From Candidatus Fermentibacterota bacterium (lineage in GTDB: Bacteria; Fermentibacterota; Fermentibacteria; Fermentibacterales; JCC-6), in assembly GCA_030592645.1 (NCBI GenBank), contig JAUVIR010000004.1, positions 1,036 to 65,035 on the forward strand: a stretch of 64,000 nt of DNA. The letters run 5' to 3'. Below, piece by piece: positions 1 through 9,463 of the stretch (positions within the stretch are counted from its first letter, which is position 1; every line of letters starts with the position of its first letter). Under the pieces are notes generated by a model that was not told the origin of the DNA, ran no database searches, and saw only the letters and a list, made by a program, of their open reading frames with translations. The position numbers were made by a program, and so were the translations under genes.

Positions 1-92
1 ATTCAGCGGTAAGAACCAGCAGCTGACCTTCAGCGCTTATTTCAAGATCAAGCGGGTAGCCCTGCAGATCGATCTGGCTTTCAATAAAGTAG

Positions 93-395
93 TTACTGCA
101 GTTGTAGGAAACCTGTCTGTTCATACGATTCCAGGTCAAAACGTATCAGCGTTCCTTCCATGGTTGCTACAATGAAGCAGTCTGGAAGGGAACACAGGGA
201 TCTGGCTCCAGATATATCCTCAATCGTATGAATGACGGATAGATCGGGTGTGTGTATGACTGTGATTCCCGCCCGCAGCGCATGATCGAACTCCGTAAGA
301 TCAGTACAGCCGGGAAGTGTAAGAAGTGCTGCCGCCACACAGGCTGTCATGAGTACCGGGCAATTAAAAATCTTTCGTCGTCTGCTGTAACGCAA
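93..395 (-). CDS. small putative lipoprotein, function unknown
   Basis: 100-aa ORF with an N-terminal signal and lipobox-like 'LLTLPGC'; no recognisable catalytic motif. Confidence 0.35.
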   Translation of the reverse strand: MRYSRRRKIFNCPVLMTACVAAALLTLPGCTDLTEFDHALRAGITVIHTPDLSVIHTIEDISGARSLCSLPDCFIVATMEGTLIRFDLESYEQTGFLQLQ

Positions 396-401
396 TCTGT
401 A

Positions 402-911
402 TCAGCTTTCGATTATGAACAGGTTGTCTCCGAGGTTTACGGATACTCCGGATTCAACCGGAATTCCAGTGATGATGCCTGATGCAGGCGCTGTTATCTC
501 GTTCTGCATCTTCATCGCCTCAAGAACAAGGACACCCTGACCCGCTTCCACCTTTTCCCCATCGCTGCACATGATCTCCACCACAAGTCCGGGCATGGGA
601 GCGGTTACGACCAGCCTTCCTCCCGCCTGCGGTTTTTCTGTCGTGACGACTTCCCGTTCGTCCGTTACAGCAAATTCGTATATCTCTCCCCTTGTGGTAA
701 CCTGATACTTCTTCCCGAAACGTTCAACTTCGACATTGTAGGATTTGCCGTCAAGAAGGATCGAAAGGTGAGCCGGAGATATCCAGGAAATGCTTACAAC
801 CTTTTTTTTGCCGTCTACCTCAACCTCGAACAGTTCATCGTGCGGGCGGACCTCAAGCCTTGAAGCCTCTACTTTAAGAAGATGTTCTCCATCAGATACT
901 TCGAATGCCAC
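402..911 (-). CDS. biotin carboxyl carrier protein (biotinyl domain) with ~90-aa N-terminal extension
   Basis: C-terminal biotinyl-lysine motif 'EAMKMQNEI' with flanking hydrophobic beta-hammerhead residues; overlaps the accC stop, so the two are translationally coupled. Confidence 0.75.
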   Translation of the reverse strand: MAFEVSDGEHLLKVEASRLEVRPHDELFEVEVDGKKKVVSISWISPAHLSILLDGKSYNVEVERFGKKYQVTTRGEIYEFAVTDEREVVTTEKPQAGGRLVVTAPMPGLVVEIMCSDGEKVEAGQGVLVLEAMKMQNEITAPASGIITGIPVESGVSVNLGDNLFIIES

Positions 912-2382
912 CGTACATCCTTCCTGAAAGTTTCCACCTGTCGTCCTGCTTCACATCGGAAACAAAATCAACATTTTCATCATTCATCGCTACTATAGTG
1001 GCCGCGATCGCGGAGATCTCAAGATAATCGTTCGTTCTGTTATGCTTGATCCTGGTCACGATACCTGTATCGTAGTTGCCTTCGGCAAAGCCGCTGTCTA
1101 CAAGTACCTTCCTGTGGAAGGGTATCGTTGTTTTGATGCCCTTTATCTTGTACTCATCAAGAGCTCTAAGCATCCTTGCTATAGCCTCCTTGCGGTCTTT
1201 GCCCCACGTGATGACCTTTGCCAGGAGAGGATCATAATAAACAGGAACGTCATAATCCGCAGATATCCCCGATTCAACCCTGACTCCGGGTCCTGCCGGT
1301 TCAACAAGCTCCCTTATGTAGCCTACCGAAGGGAGAAAAGTCTCAGGATCCTCCGCTGAGATCCTGCATTCGATGGCAGCCCCGTTTATGCCGATATCTT
1401 CCTGACTCATGCCGAGTTTCTCACCAGATGCTATCCTTATCTGTTCCTTGACCAGGTCGATACCTGTTATCAGCTCGGTTACCGGGTGCTCGACCTGCAG
1501 CCTTGTGTTGACCTCAAGGAAATAGAAATCCCCTGAAGAATCGACAAGAAATTCCACCGTGCCCGCGTTCGTGTATCCCGATGCTTTGACCGCGGTAATC
1601 GCGGCCCTGCCCATCCTCTCCCTCATTGCGGAGTCCAGCATGCAGCAGGGGGATTCCTCAATGAGTTTCTGGTAACGTCTCTGAACCGAGCATTCCCTCT
1701 CATTGAGATGTATTACGTTACCGTAGTTGTCCGCGAGAATCTGTATTTCAACATGTCGCGGTTCAATCAGGTACTTCTCCAGAAAAACGTCCGGATTGCC
1801 GAACGCGGATAGAGCTTCGGCACCAGCCCTTGTGAAAGCGGACGGCAGTTCCTCTTTCGAATGTACTACACGAACACCCTTCCCTCCGCCCCCTGCAGCG
1901 GCTTTGAGGAGAACGGGATATCCCGTTTCCGCTGCGGCAGCCAGAGCTTCCGCTTCGGATTTCAGGGGTTCCATTGCTCCTGGAATTATAGGTACGCCAG
2001 CCTTCACCATCACCTTTCGTGCTTCAGTCTTGTTTCCGAGGAGTGCCATTGATTTTGAATCGGGACCGATGAAAATAAGCCCTGCGGCAACACAGGCGGC
2101 AGGCAGGGCGGGATTCTCGGCAAGAAATCCGTAGCCGGGATGAATCGCCTGACAACCGGACTGCAAAGCGGTCTCGATAATCCTGTCGATTACCAGGTAG
2201 CTCTCTACCGAGGGAGCAGGGCCTATCTCGTAGGCCTCGTCCGCATACCTTACGTGCTTGGCCGATCTGTCAGCCTCGGAAAATACAGCCACTGAGGTTA
2301 TACCTGTTTCATGGCAGGCCCGCGCTATTCTTACTGCTATCTCACCTCTGTTCGCTATCAGGATCTTTTTAATAGCTGTCAT
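892..2382 (-). CDS. accC: biotin carboxylase subunit of acetyl/propionyl-CoA carboxylase
   Basis: N-terminus 'KKILIANRGEIAVRIARAC', an ATP-grasp region and a C-terminal biotin-carboxylase domain; 496 aa, typical for AccC. Confidence 0.9.
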   Translation of the reverse strand: MTAIKKILIANRGEIAVRIARACHETGITSVAVFSEADRSAKHVRYADEAYEIGPAPSVESYLVIDRIIETALQSGCQAIHPGYGFLAENPALPAACVAAGLIFIGPDSKSMALLGNKTEARKVMVKAGVPIIPGAMEPLKSEAEALAAAAETGYPVLLKAAAGGGGKGVRVVHSKEELPSAFTRAGAEALSAFGNPDVFLEKYLIEPRHVEIQILADNYGNVIHLNERECSVQRRYQKLIEESPCCMLDSAMRERMGRAAITAVKASGYTNAGTVEFLVDSSGDFYFLEVNTRLQVEHPVTELITGIDLVKEQIRIASGEKLGMSQEDIGINGAAIECRISAEDPETFLPSVGYIRELVEPAGPGVRVESGISADYDVPVYYDPLLAKVITWGKDRKEAIARMLRALDEYKIKGIKTTIPFHRKVLVDSGFAEGNYDTGIVTRIKHNRTNDYLEISAIAATIVAMNDENVDFVSDVKQDDRWKLSGRMYGGIRSI

Positions 2383-3911
2383 AATGGCCCGTTTCCATGC
2401 TTCCTCGGAGGCATGGTCTCGCGCTTGCCATCAAGTATCCGCAGCGCAGAGATAACTTTATGTCTTGTTTCATGGGGTTTAATCACTTCATCGATATATC
2501 CCATCCCTGCAGGCACCCAGGGGTTGCTGAACATCTCGTCGTATTCGTCGATGAGAAGCTGCCGCTGGGATTCAGGATCAGCATCCTTTGCGATCTCCCT
2601 TCTGTAAAGGATCTTTACAGCACCCTTGGCTCCCATTACCGCTATCTGTGCGGAAGGCCAGGCGAAATTCATGTCAGCGCCTATATTCTTGGAATTCATC
2701 GCTATGTAGGCTCCCCCGAACGCCTTTCTGGTTACGACGGTAATCCGCGGTACGCTGGCTTCACAGAAAGCGTAAAGGAGTTTCGCCCCCTCCTTGATAA
2801 CCCCGGCATGCTCCTGTTCAACCCCCGGCAGAAAACCGGGCGCATCCTCAAACACAAGCAGGGGTATGTTGAAGCAATCGCAGAACCTTATGAATCTTGC
2901 TGCTTTGGCAGAAGAAAGGGTATCCAGTACTCCAGCAAGCACAGCAGGCTGATTTGCCACGATACCGATCGGCTTTCCATCCATTCTCGCGAATCCCACT
3001 ATCATGTTGGGAGCGTAATCTTCATGAACCTGAAAGAGTTTTCCATCATCGACAACTGAGTGTATTACCAGTTTTATATCGTAAGGCATTGACGAATCCG
3101 CCGGAACTACTGTATCCAGGGATTCATCACTTCTCTCAACAGGATCGGTACATTGCATCATGGGCGGGTCGCTCATGTTGTTCTGAGGCAGATAAGTCAT
3201 GAGTTCCCTGATCATCGCCAGGCATATCTCCTCGGAGCTGACGGAAAAGTGCGAAACACCGCTTTTTCTGCTGTGAGCGGCAGCACCTCCGAGATCCTCA
3301 AAAGTTACATCCTCATGGGTAACTTCTTTGATAACATCAGGTCCGGTCAGGAACATATAGCTTGCCTGATCGATCATGAAAACAAAATCGGTCAGGGCGG
3401 GGGAATAAACAGCTCCGCCCGCGCAGGGCCCCATAATGGCTGATATCTGCGGAACAACACCGGAAGCTTTTACGTTTCTGAAAAATATGTCACCGTAACC
3501 TGCTAGCGAGTTTACTCCCTCCTGTATCCTTGCCCCTCCGGAATCCTTAATTGCTATTATGGGAACTCCGTTTTTCAGAGAGAGATCCTGCAGGCGTGAT
3601 ATCTTATCTGCCACGGCTTTTGAAAGTGAGCCGCCGAAGATGGTGAAGTCCTCCGCATACACGTAAACCTGCCGCCCGTGGATCCTGCCGTAGCCCGTTA
3701 CTACTCCGTCTCCGGGGATCTTCTTACCAGCCATACCGAAATCGTTGCAGTTGTGAGTAACAAGCATGCCCATTTCATTGAATGTTTCCGGGTCAAGAAG
3801 CAGGTGAAGACGCTCCCTTGCAGTCAGCTTGCCGTCCTCGTGTCTTTTTTTTATCTTCTTCTCGCCGCCGCCCGCAAGTGCTTCAGATCTCAATTCATCA
3901 AGTCTGGACAC
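2379..3911 (-). CDS. acyl-CoA carboxylase carboxyltransferase subunit (PccB/AccD5-like, 12S family)
   Basis: 510 aa; N-terminus 'ARERLHLLLDPETFNEMG' and two crotonase-like carboxyltransferase halves; overlaps accC by 4 nt. Confidence 0.85.
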   Translation of the reverse strand: MSRLDELRSEALAGGGEKKIKKRHEDGKLTARERLHLLLDPETFNEMGMLVTHNCNDFGMAGKKIPGDGVVTGYGRIHGRQVYVYAEDFTIFGGSLSKAVADKISRLQDLSLKNGVPIIAIKDSGGARIQEGVNSLAGYGDIFFRNVKASGVVPQISAIMGPCAGGAVYSPALTDFVFMIDQASYMFLTGPDVIKEVTHEDVTFEDLGGAAAHSRKSGVSHFSVSSEEICLAMIRELMTYLPQNNMSDPPMMQCTDPVERSDESLDTVVPADSSMPYDIKLVIHSVVDDGKLFQVHEDYAPNMIVGFARMDGKPIGIVANQPAVLAGVLDTLSSAKAARFIRFCDCFNIPLLVFEDAPGFLPGVEQEHAGVIKEGAKLLYAFCEASVPRITVVTRKAFGGAYIAMNSKNIGADMNFAWPSAQIAVMGAKGAVKILYRREIAKDADPESQRQLLIDEYDEMFSNPWVPAGMGYIDEVIKPHETRHKVISALRILDGKRETMPPRKHGNGPL

Positions 3912-3951
3912 TTAACCCCCCTTGTTTTCAGAAATAAAAATAACTGTCCTA

Positions 3952-4932
3952 TCAGTCTTCCTCCCGTATCAGGATAATCATACCGGTAGTATCCTCGCTG
4001 ACATATATCCCGCCTTCGGTATCCACCGCGACATCTTCTATGTTGTAAAAGCCTTCTGCAAATGAAGTCACTGTGCCATCCTCATCCACCATGGAAAGCC
4101 TCCCAGAACCTGTTCCAGTATCCTCTTCAGCGATGTACAGCGGAAAATACCCGTCGATGCTGCTGCAAATACCTTCTGGGGAACACAGACCGCTGCAGAA
4201 GACATCCCATTCACCGGAATCAGGATCGATACGAAACAGAGAAGCCTGAATAAAGCCGAAACCGGAAAGCTCGTTACATACGTAGACAACACCGCTGGTG
4301 TCGGCAATAATATCTGAACAGCTCCATAGATAAAGCGAAGAGGAAAGCGGGTACGAGCCTGACATGTCAATCCTGCGGACACCGGTCAGTATCGGCGGTA
4401 TGATGGATGCTTCCAGACTGGATTCCGTAACGGCGAAGATGCCTTCCTCAATCAATGCGACTCCTTCAGGATACTGAAGGCTGTCACAGAGGATTTCCAG
4501 CTCTCCTGAAGGCTTGATCGCTATCAGACGACCGTATTCCACGTCCTCGGTAACATAGATCACTCCCGCGCTGTCAGCGGCAAGACCTTCGGGATGATTC
4601 AGGTTTTCAGCAACTATGGTCGCATTTCCGTGCTGATCTATCCTGTAGACTGCTCCAGTCCCTTCAGCAGCTGCATACAGGCACCCCGAAGAGGAAAACA
4701 CAAGTCCGTCAACACCACTGATCCCGGTACTGAATACCGTAGCGGAAAACCCCTCGGGCAGAGTTATTCTGGATAGTACATCTCCATGAACAGGCTCATC
4801 GGGAGTACCGCCCGGCACGGATGCCGTAATTGCCATAAAGGTTAAAAAAAGTGTATTATGCATTATTCCAATCACTGCATCGGTCAGAGCTACAACAGAC
4901 ACCAAGATTGTATCTGAGCGTGTCGAAGTCAA
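3952..4932 (-). CDS. membrane-anchored beta-propeller protein (SMP-30/gluconolactonase/LRE-like or NHL-repeat-like)
   Basis: N-terminal hydrophobic segment, then repeated 'G-x-Y-V-T/A-E' blade-like motifs (VIYVTEDV, GIFAVTES, VVYVCNEL, GIYVSEDT). Confidence 0.45.
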   Translation of the reverse strand: MTSTRSDTILVSVVALTDAVIGIMHNTLFLTFMAITASVPGGTPDEPVHGDVLSRITLPEGFSATVFSTGISGVDGLVFSSSGCLYAAAEGTGAVYRIDQHGNATIVAENLNHPEGLAADSAGVIYVTEDVEYGRLIAIKPSGELEILCDSLQYPEGVALIEEGIFAVTESSLEASIIPPILTGVRRIDMSGSYPLSSSLYLWSCSDIIADTSGVVYVCNELSGFGFIQASLFRIDPDSGEWDVFCSGLCSPEGICSSIDGYFPLYIAEEDTGTGSGRLSMVDEDGTVTSFAEGFYNIEDVAVDTEGGIYVSEDTTGMIILIREED

Positions 4933-5024
4933 GATGAATCAACCCATCGTCTGTACCAGCACATAAAATCTGTATTCTTTTCAGTGCTGACCCCACTTCT
5001 GTTTCGCGAATGTAAACTTCTATC

Positions 5025-5054
5025 TTGACCAAACAACTCTCTTTTCTCTATTAT
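5025..5054 (+). promoter_or_regulatory. candidate sigma70-type promoter (-35 TTGACC, 18-bp spacer, -10 TATTAT) for the GGDEF response regulator
   Basis: TTGACC at 5025-5030 and TATTAT at 5049-5054; an AAAGG SD-like element lies at 5095-5099. Confidence 0.3.
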
Positions 5055-5107
5055 TAAGGTCATTGGAAGTCGTTGCCTGACTGAAAAACCTAAACGAAAG
5101 GTTAACC

Positions 5108-6454
5108 ATCGAATCTTCAATCAAGATTCTCCTTGTCGAGAACAACCTTGAGGATGCAAGGTATTTCCGCAGTATTCTGCAGGATGTATCCTCTGAATCG
5201 TTCTATATTGAAAGGGTGGATAACCTTGCTTCCGCACTTGCCGTGATCGGGGAGACTGACTTCGACGTTATCGTAGCGGATCTGAACCTGCCGGACAGCT
5301 CCGGCAGTGAAACCGCGTTTCAGATCTGCCGAAGCGCCATCAAAGTACCCCTCATAGTTCTGATGGAAATCGATGACGAAAAAATCGAGCTCGAATCTCT
5401 GAAGGCTGGTGCTCAGGATTTCCTCGTTAAGGGAAAGCTGCAGTCTGATAATATCTGGAGGGCGATCCGCCACTCCATCGAGAGAAAACAGCTGGACTGG
5501 CAGCTGCGGCTCGCCAGGCGCAGGCTCAGAATTCTTCATGATACAGCATCAAAACTCGCCGGATGCACCATGAAAAAGGATGCTTTCCAGCTCGCTATCA
5601 AGTCTTCCGGGATTCTTCTGCCTGATACGCTGTGCCGGATATTCACCGAGAAAGATGGAATACTCACTATTACAGCCGCCTCACCTGAACTGCGCAAAAG
5701 CATCGGAAGCGATACAAAACTGGATTTTGGTCTTGTCGGAATGACCTTTGCGGAAAGGCGTACATTTCAATTCAGAAGCCATGACGATATACCATCATTG
5801 AGTCCCGAAAGTGAAAACTACAGATCCGGGATTTCAATACCCATCGGATCCAGCGCTGTATTTCAGTGTATCTCAAGAGAACCGGACGCCTTCACGAATG
5901 ATGATACTAACATACTTGAGATGCTGGTAGGACATCTAACCGGAACGGTAGACAGAATAAGCCTTGAACGCAAACTCAGGAATCTGGCAGTTCATGACCC
6001 GCTTACAGGCGTATTCAATCGAAACTTCTTCCAGACAGCCTTGAATCGCGAGAAACTCAGAGCTGAAAGATACAACAGCAGTATTGGTTTTCTTATGGTC
6101 GATATTGACAACTTCAAGGAGATCAACGATCTCTACGGTCATCTCATAGGAGACAAGGTGCTCAGGGAAGTGGCTTCGTACCTGTCCGAATCCATCAGGG
6201 AGAGCGATTATCTCATCCGCTACGGGGGAGATGAGTTTCTCCTGATACTGATAGAAACGGGACAGACGGCATCGCTGGTCAGAGAGAGGATTATCAATGG
6301 TGGAAAACTAGCAGAAAAGACAATTCATCTCATCGGGTCACCTGTAACCCTTTCAATAGGTCATTCCCACTGGAATTCTGAGTCCGCTATTTCCATCCGT
6401 GAGACGTTAGCCGAGGCGGACCGCAGGATGTACGAACACAAGAGAAGTAAATAG
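5108..6454 (+). CDS. response-regulator diguanylate cyclase (REC-GAF-like-GGDEF)
   Basis: Receiver motifs 'IKILLVENN' and 'DVIVADLNLPDSSG'; C-terminal GGDEF domain with 'RYGGDEFLLIL' and an RxxD-like region. The track starts at GTG 5216, but the receiver domain clearly extends upstream to about 5108 with no ATG/GTG/TTG in frame. Confidence 0.8.
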   Translation: MESSIKILLVENNLEDARYFRSILQDVSSESFYIERVDNLASALAVIGETDFDVIVADLNLPDSSGSETAFQICRSAIKVPLIVLMEIDDEKIELESLKAGAQDFLVKGKLQSDNIWRAIRHSIERKQLDWQLRLARRRLRILHDTASKLAGCTMKKDAFQLAIKSSGILLPDTLCRIFTEKDGILTITAASPELRKSIGSDTKLDFGLVGMTFAERRTFQFRSHDDIPSLSPESENYRSGISIPIGSSAVFQCISREPDAFTNDDTNILEMLVGHLTGTVDRISLERKLRNLAVHDPLTGVFNRNFFQTALNREKLRAERYNSSIGFLMVDIDNFKEINDLYGHLIGDKVLREVASYLSESIRESDYLIRYGGDEFLLILIETGQTASLVRERIINGGKLAEKTIHLIGSPVTLSIGHSHWNSESAISIRETLAEADRRMYEHKRSK

Positions 6455-6455
6455 G

Positions 6456-7241
6456 TTATTCAAGCTTGGCTCTCTGCCAGGCATTCTCCATCATCTCCAT
6501 ATCAGCTTCAGCAAGGGAATAACCTGCTTCCCTGAGTATTCGTTCCATTCCTGTAAACCTGTCAATGAATTTATTATTATTGCTCCTTAACACCGCTTCG
6601 GGCTCGAAACCAAGCAGCCTGCAGTAATTCACCAGACTGAAGAAAACATCGCCGAGTTCAGCATTCTCAGCTTCCGTATCGCCACTCTGTAATGCCTTTT
6701 CGAATTCCTGGATCTCTTCAAAGATCTTACGGAGGGCGCCACCGGCATCGGGCCAGTCAAATCCGATTTCTGAAGCTCTCTGCTGGATTCTCCATGCTGT
6801 CTGGAGGGCAGGCATGGCCGATGGAATGGAACCAAAGAATCCCTCATCCTTCTTCTCCTGAGCCTTGATGGCCTCCCACTGCTTTTCAACGTCCCTTGCG
6901 GAAAGACAATTTTGCCGCTCAAATACGTGAGGATGCCGCCTGATCAGTTTCTCAGAAATTCCTTCAACAACATCCCTGAGTGAGAATTCACCCCGCTCTT
7001 CGCATATATCAGCTGACATGATGACGTGAAGGAGAAGGTCGCCCAGTTCAGTCCGCAGAAGGTTCATGTCATTCTTCTCAATTGCATCGGCAACTTCGTA
7101 GGCTTCCTCGAGCATATAGGGGCTCAGTGAGGCAACTGTCTGTTCCCTGTCCCAGCTGCAGCCTGCAGGACTTCGAAGTTTTCTGACGATCTGCACAAGA
7201 CCGGTAATGGCTTCTAACAGTCCTTTCTGCGGCTCAGCCAT
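6456..7241 (-). CDS. mazG: nucleoside triphosphate pyrophosphohydrolase MazG
   Basis: Two MazG repeats ('SLSPYMLEEAYEVADAIE', 'ELGDLLLHV', 'ELGDVFFSLV'); 261 aa. Confidence 0.8.
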   Translation of the reverse strand: MAEPQKGLLEAITGLVQIVRKLRSPAGCSWDREQTVASLSPYMLEEAYEVADAIEKNDMNLLRTELGDLLLHVIMSADICEERGEFSLRDVVEGISEKLIRRHPHVFERQNCLSARDVEKQWEAIKAQEKKDEGFFGSIPSAMPALQTAWRIQQRASEIGFDWPDAGGALRKIFEEIQEFEKALQSGDTEAENAELGDVFFSLVNYCRLLGFEPEAVLRSNNNKFIDRFTGMERILREAGYSLAEADMEMMENAWQRAKLE

Positions 7242-8592
7242 GAATGGCTCCGGGTCCGAAGGATTCCCCTGCTTCCATATACAGCTCCGAGAGGGTTGGA
7301 TGCGGATGAATCATCTCCCCGATCCGGGATGCCCGCACACCCAGATTTAAAGCCATAACAGCCTCGCCGATAAGACTGCTTGCGTCAGCGCCGACCATCT
7401 GCACTCCTATTACGATACCGTCGCTCTCACGGGCAATTATCTTCATGAAACCCTCAGTTTCGTTCATTCCCACTGCCTTGCCGTTCGCGATATACCTTGA
7501 GATACCCGTACGGACGGGCACACCTCTCTTTTCCCACTCCTCCAAACCGGGACCTGCCGTGGCTATTTCAGGGGAAGTGAAAATACAGCCGGGCATCGTA
7601 TCCGGATTGATCTTTCTGCTACCGTCCCCGAACATCTGATCCACAGCCGCAAGAGCCTGCGCGCTGCCGGCATGGGCGAGCTGCCATTTCCCTGTAACAT
7701 CTCCCGCTGCGTAGACACCCTCAAGGTTCGTCATCTGATTCTCATCCGTCTCTATCCCGGCAGCGGAGAATTCCACTCCGGCTGATTCCAGGCCAAGGTC
7801 TTCGGTTCTGGCCTTCCGACCGATGGAAACCAGTATTTTTTCGGCAGACAGCTGCATTGCGTCGTCCAATGTAACTTCGGCGCTCTTCTGGGATACCTTC
7901 AGGCTCTTCGCACCATTTCCGGTCAATATCTTTACCCCTGATCGTTTCAGTGATCTATGAACAACCTGTCTGATATCATCATCTATTCCCGGAAGTATCG
8001 AAGGCAGCATCTCAACGATAGTAATACTGACACCCAGACTTGAGAAGATGGATGCGAACTCACACCCGATCACCCCTCCGCCTACGATGATCAGGCTCTC
8101 CGGAAGATTCTCCCATGAAAGAACGTCGCGGCTTGTCTGCACCCCATCTGCCGAAAAGGGTCCCGGCATCAGGGGAAGAGACCCGGGTGAGAGCAGTACG
8201 TAATCGGTTTCAAGCAGGACATCACCGGCTAAAACCTCCCGTGGACTCTTCAACACCGCATGAGCACTGAAAATATCGATACCAAGATGTTTGAAGTGCG
8301 CTTCCACCCCCTTCCTCAGACGCTTCACAACCTTATCTTTTCTTCCCGAAAGCGCATCCCAGGAAAAGGACAGGCTCCCTTCAAGGCCATATTTCCGTGC
8401 ATTTCTCGATTGCCTGAGCAGATTTGTACTGGCAACAAGGGTTTTGGTCGGAATGCATCCTCTGTTCAGGCAGGTTCCTCCCAGAAGCTCCTCCTCTGCA
8501 ACCGCGACCCTTCTGCCGAGCTGGGCAGCCCTTATAGCCGGGATATACCCCGCAGGTCCTCCGCCGATTATCACAAGATCGTATTTATTCAT
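7234..8592 (-). CDS. lpd: dihydrolipoyl dehydrogenase
   Basis: 'DLVIIGGGPAGY' FAD motif, redox-active disulfide 'GGTCLNRGCIPTK', and a C-terminal dimerisation region with the HPHPTLSE motif. Confidence 0.85.
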   Translation of the reverse strand: MNKYDLVIIGGGPAGYIPAIRAAQLGRRVAVAEEELLGGTCLNRGCIPTKTLVASTNLLRQSRNARKYGLEGSLSFSWDALSGRKDKVVKRLRKGVEAHFKHLGIDIFSAHAVLKSPREVLAGDVLLETDYVLLSPGSLPLMPGPFSADGVQTSRDVLSWENLPESLIIVGGGVIGCEFASIFSSLGVSITIVEMLPSILPGIDDDIRQVVHRSLKRSGVKILTGNGAKSLKVSQKSAEVTLDDAMQLSAEKILVSIGRKARTEDLGLESAGVEFSAAGIETDENQMTNLEGVYAAGDVTGKWQLAHAGSAQALAAVDQMFGDGSRKINPDTMPGCIFTSPEIATAGPGLEEWEKRGVPVRTGISRYIANGKAVGMNETEGFMKIIARESDGIVIGVQMVGADASSLIGEAVMALNLGVRASRIGEMIHPHPTLSELYMEAGESFGPGAIHG

Positions 8593-8716
8593 TTAGTATC
8601 CTTGTCAATTCTAGGAGACTATCCGAGAATGGACAGCCTCCTGGTGAAACAATATATGACGAACATATCTTAATGAAATATGATAAGGTAAATTACAATG
8701 AAAGGGTAGGCTTCCT

Positions 8717-9451
8717 ATGCATATCTTCATGATTCTCTGTCTGATCCCTCTTACAATTGATATCGATGATCTTACCGCAAAGCTCCACCTTGATACGGGT
8801 ATGGCATATATGCAGCAGGGGCTTTTAGAGCAGGCCGAAGAGGAATTTCATAAGACCCTTGAACTTTGTGAAGAATACCATACTGCTGTCCTTGGCCTCG
8901 GGATGATCAATGCGATGCGGCAATCATGGGAGAATGCCGCAGATTACTTTGGACAGTACATAGAGATATGCCCGGACGATTATCGCGGGTACTTCGAACT
9001 TTCGAAGCTCTATCTTGAGACAGGAAAACCCGATAGCGCGGCATTCCTGTCAGACAGCGCCTTCGTCCGCTCCCCGGGAACCCCTTCAATCTGGCTGCAG
9101 AGCGGGAAAGCATGGCTTGAGCTCGGGGAGATGGAGAAAGCGGAAATGTGGTTCTCCAGGGGTGCTGCGAACGAGGAGTCCATAGATATGGAGTCACTTG
9201 TCCTGCTTGCGTCTGTCTACAGGAGGACATCAAGAGGAGCCGACGCAAGGGAGATACTCCTTCCAGCTGTTGAAACAGGTTACGCTCCCGCTTCCTGGGA
9301 ACTGGCTAAGCTCTATCTTGGATGGAGAGATTACCTGAGGGCTGGAGATGCCATCAGCAGATACCTTATGCTCTCACCGAATGGTTACTATGCCGATTCT
9401 GCAATGCTTGTACTGGAAGAACTGGGTGAATCAGGGCAATACATTCCTTAA
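8717..9451 (+). CDS. TPR-repeat protein
   Basis: Several 34-aa TPR-like repeats (W/LG/Y/A/F/A/P pattern); divergent from lpd. Confidence 0.6.
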   Translation: MHIFMILCLIPLTIDIDDLTAKLHLDTGMAYMQQGLLEQAEEEFHKTLELCEEYHTAVLGLGMINAMRQSWENAADYFGQYIEICPDDYRGYFELSKLYLETGKPDSAAFLSDSAFVRSPGTPSIWLQSGKAWLELGEMEKAEMWFSRGAANEESIDMESLVLLASVYRRTSRGADAREILLPAVETGYAPASWELAKLYLGWRDYLRAGDAISRYLMLSPNGYYADSAMLVLEELGESGQYIP

Positions 9452-9463
9452 ACAGACAGGAAG

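Noticed and set aside
1042-3443. Several + strand ORFs (1042-1359, 1727-2134, 2397-3059, 2897-3202, 3153-3443)
   Set aside because: They are antisense to the strongly supported accC and carboxyltransferase genes and show no motifs.
5117-5539. 140-aa minus-strand ORF
   Set aside because: It is entirely antisense to the well-supported REC domain of the GGDEF response regulator.
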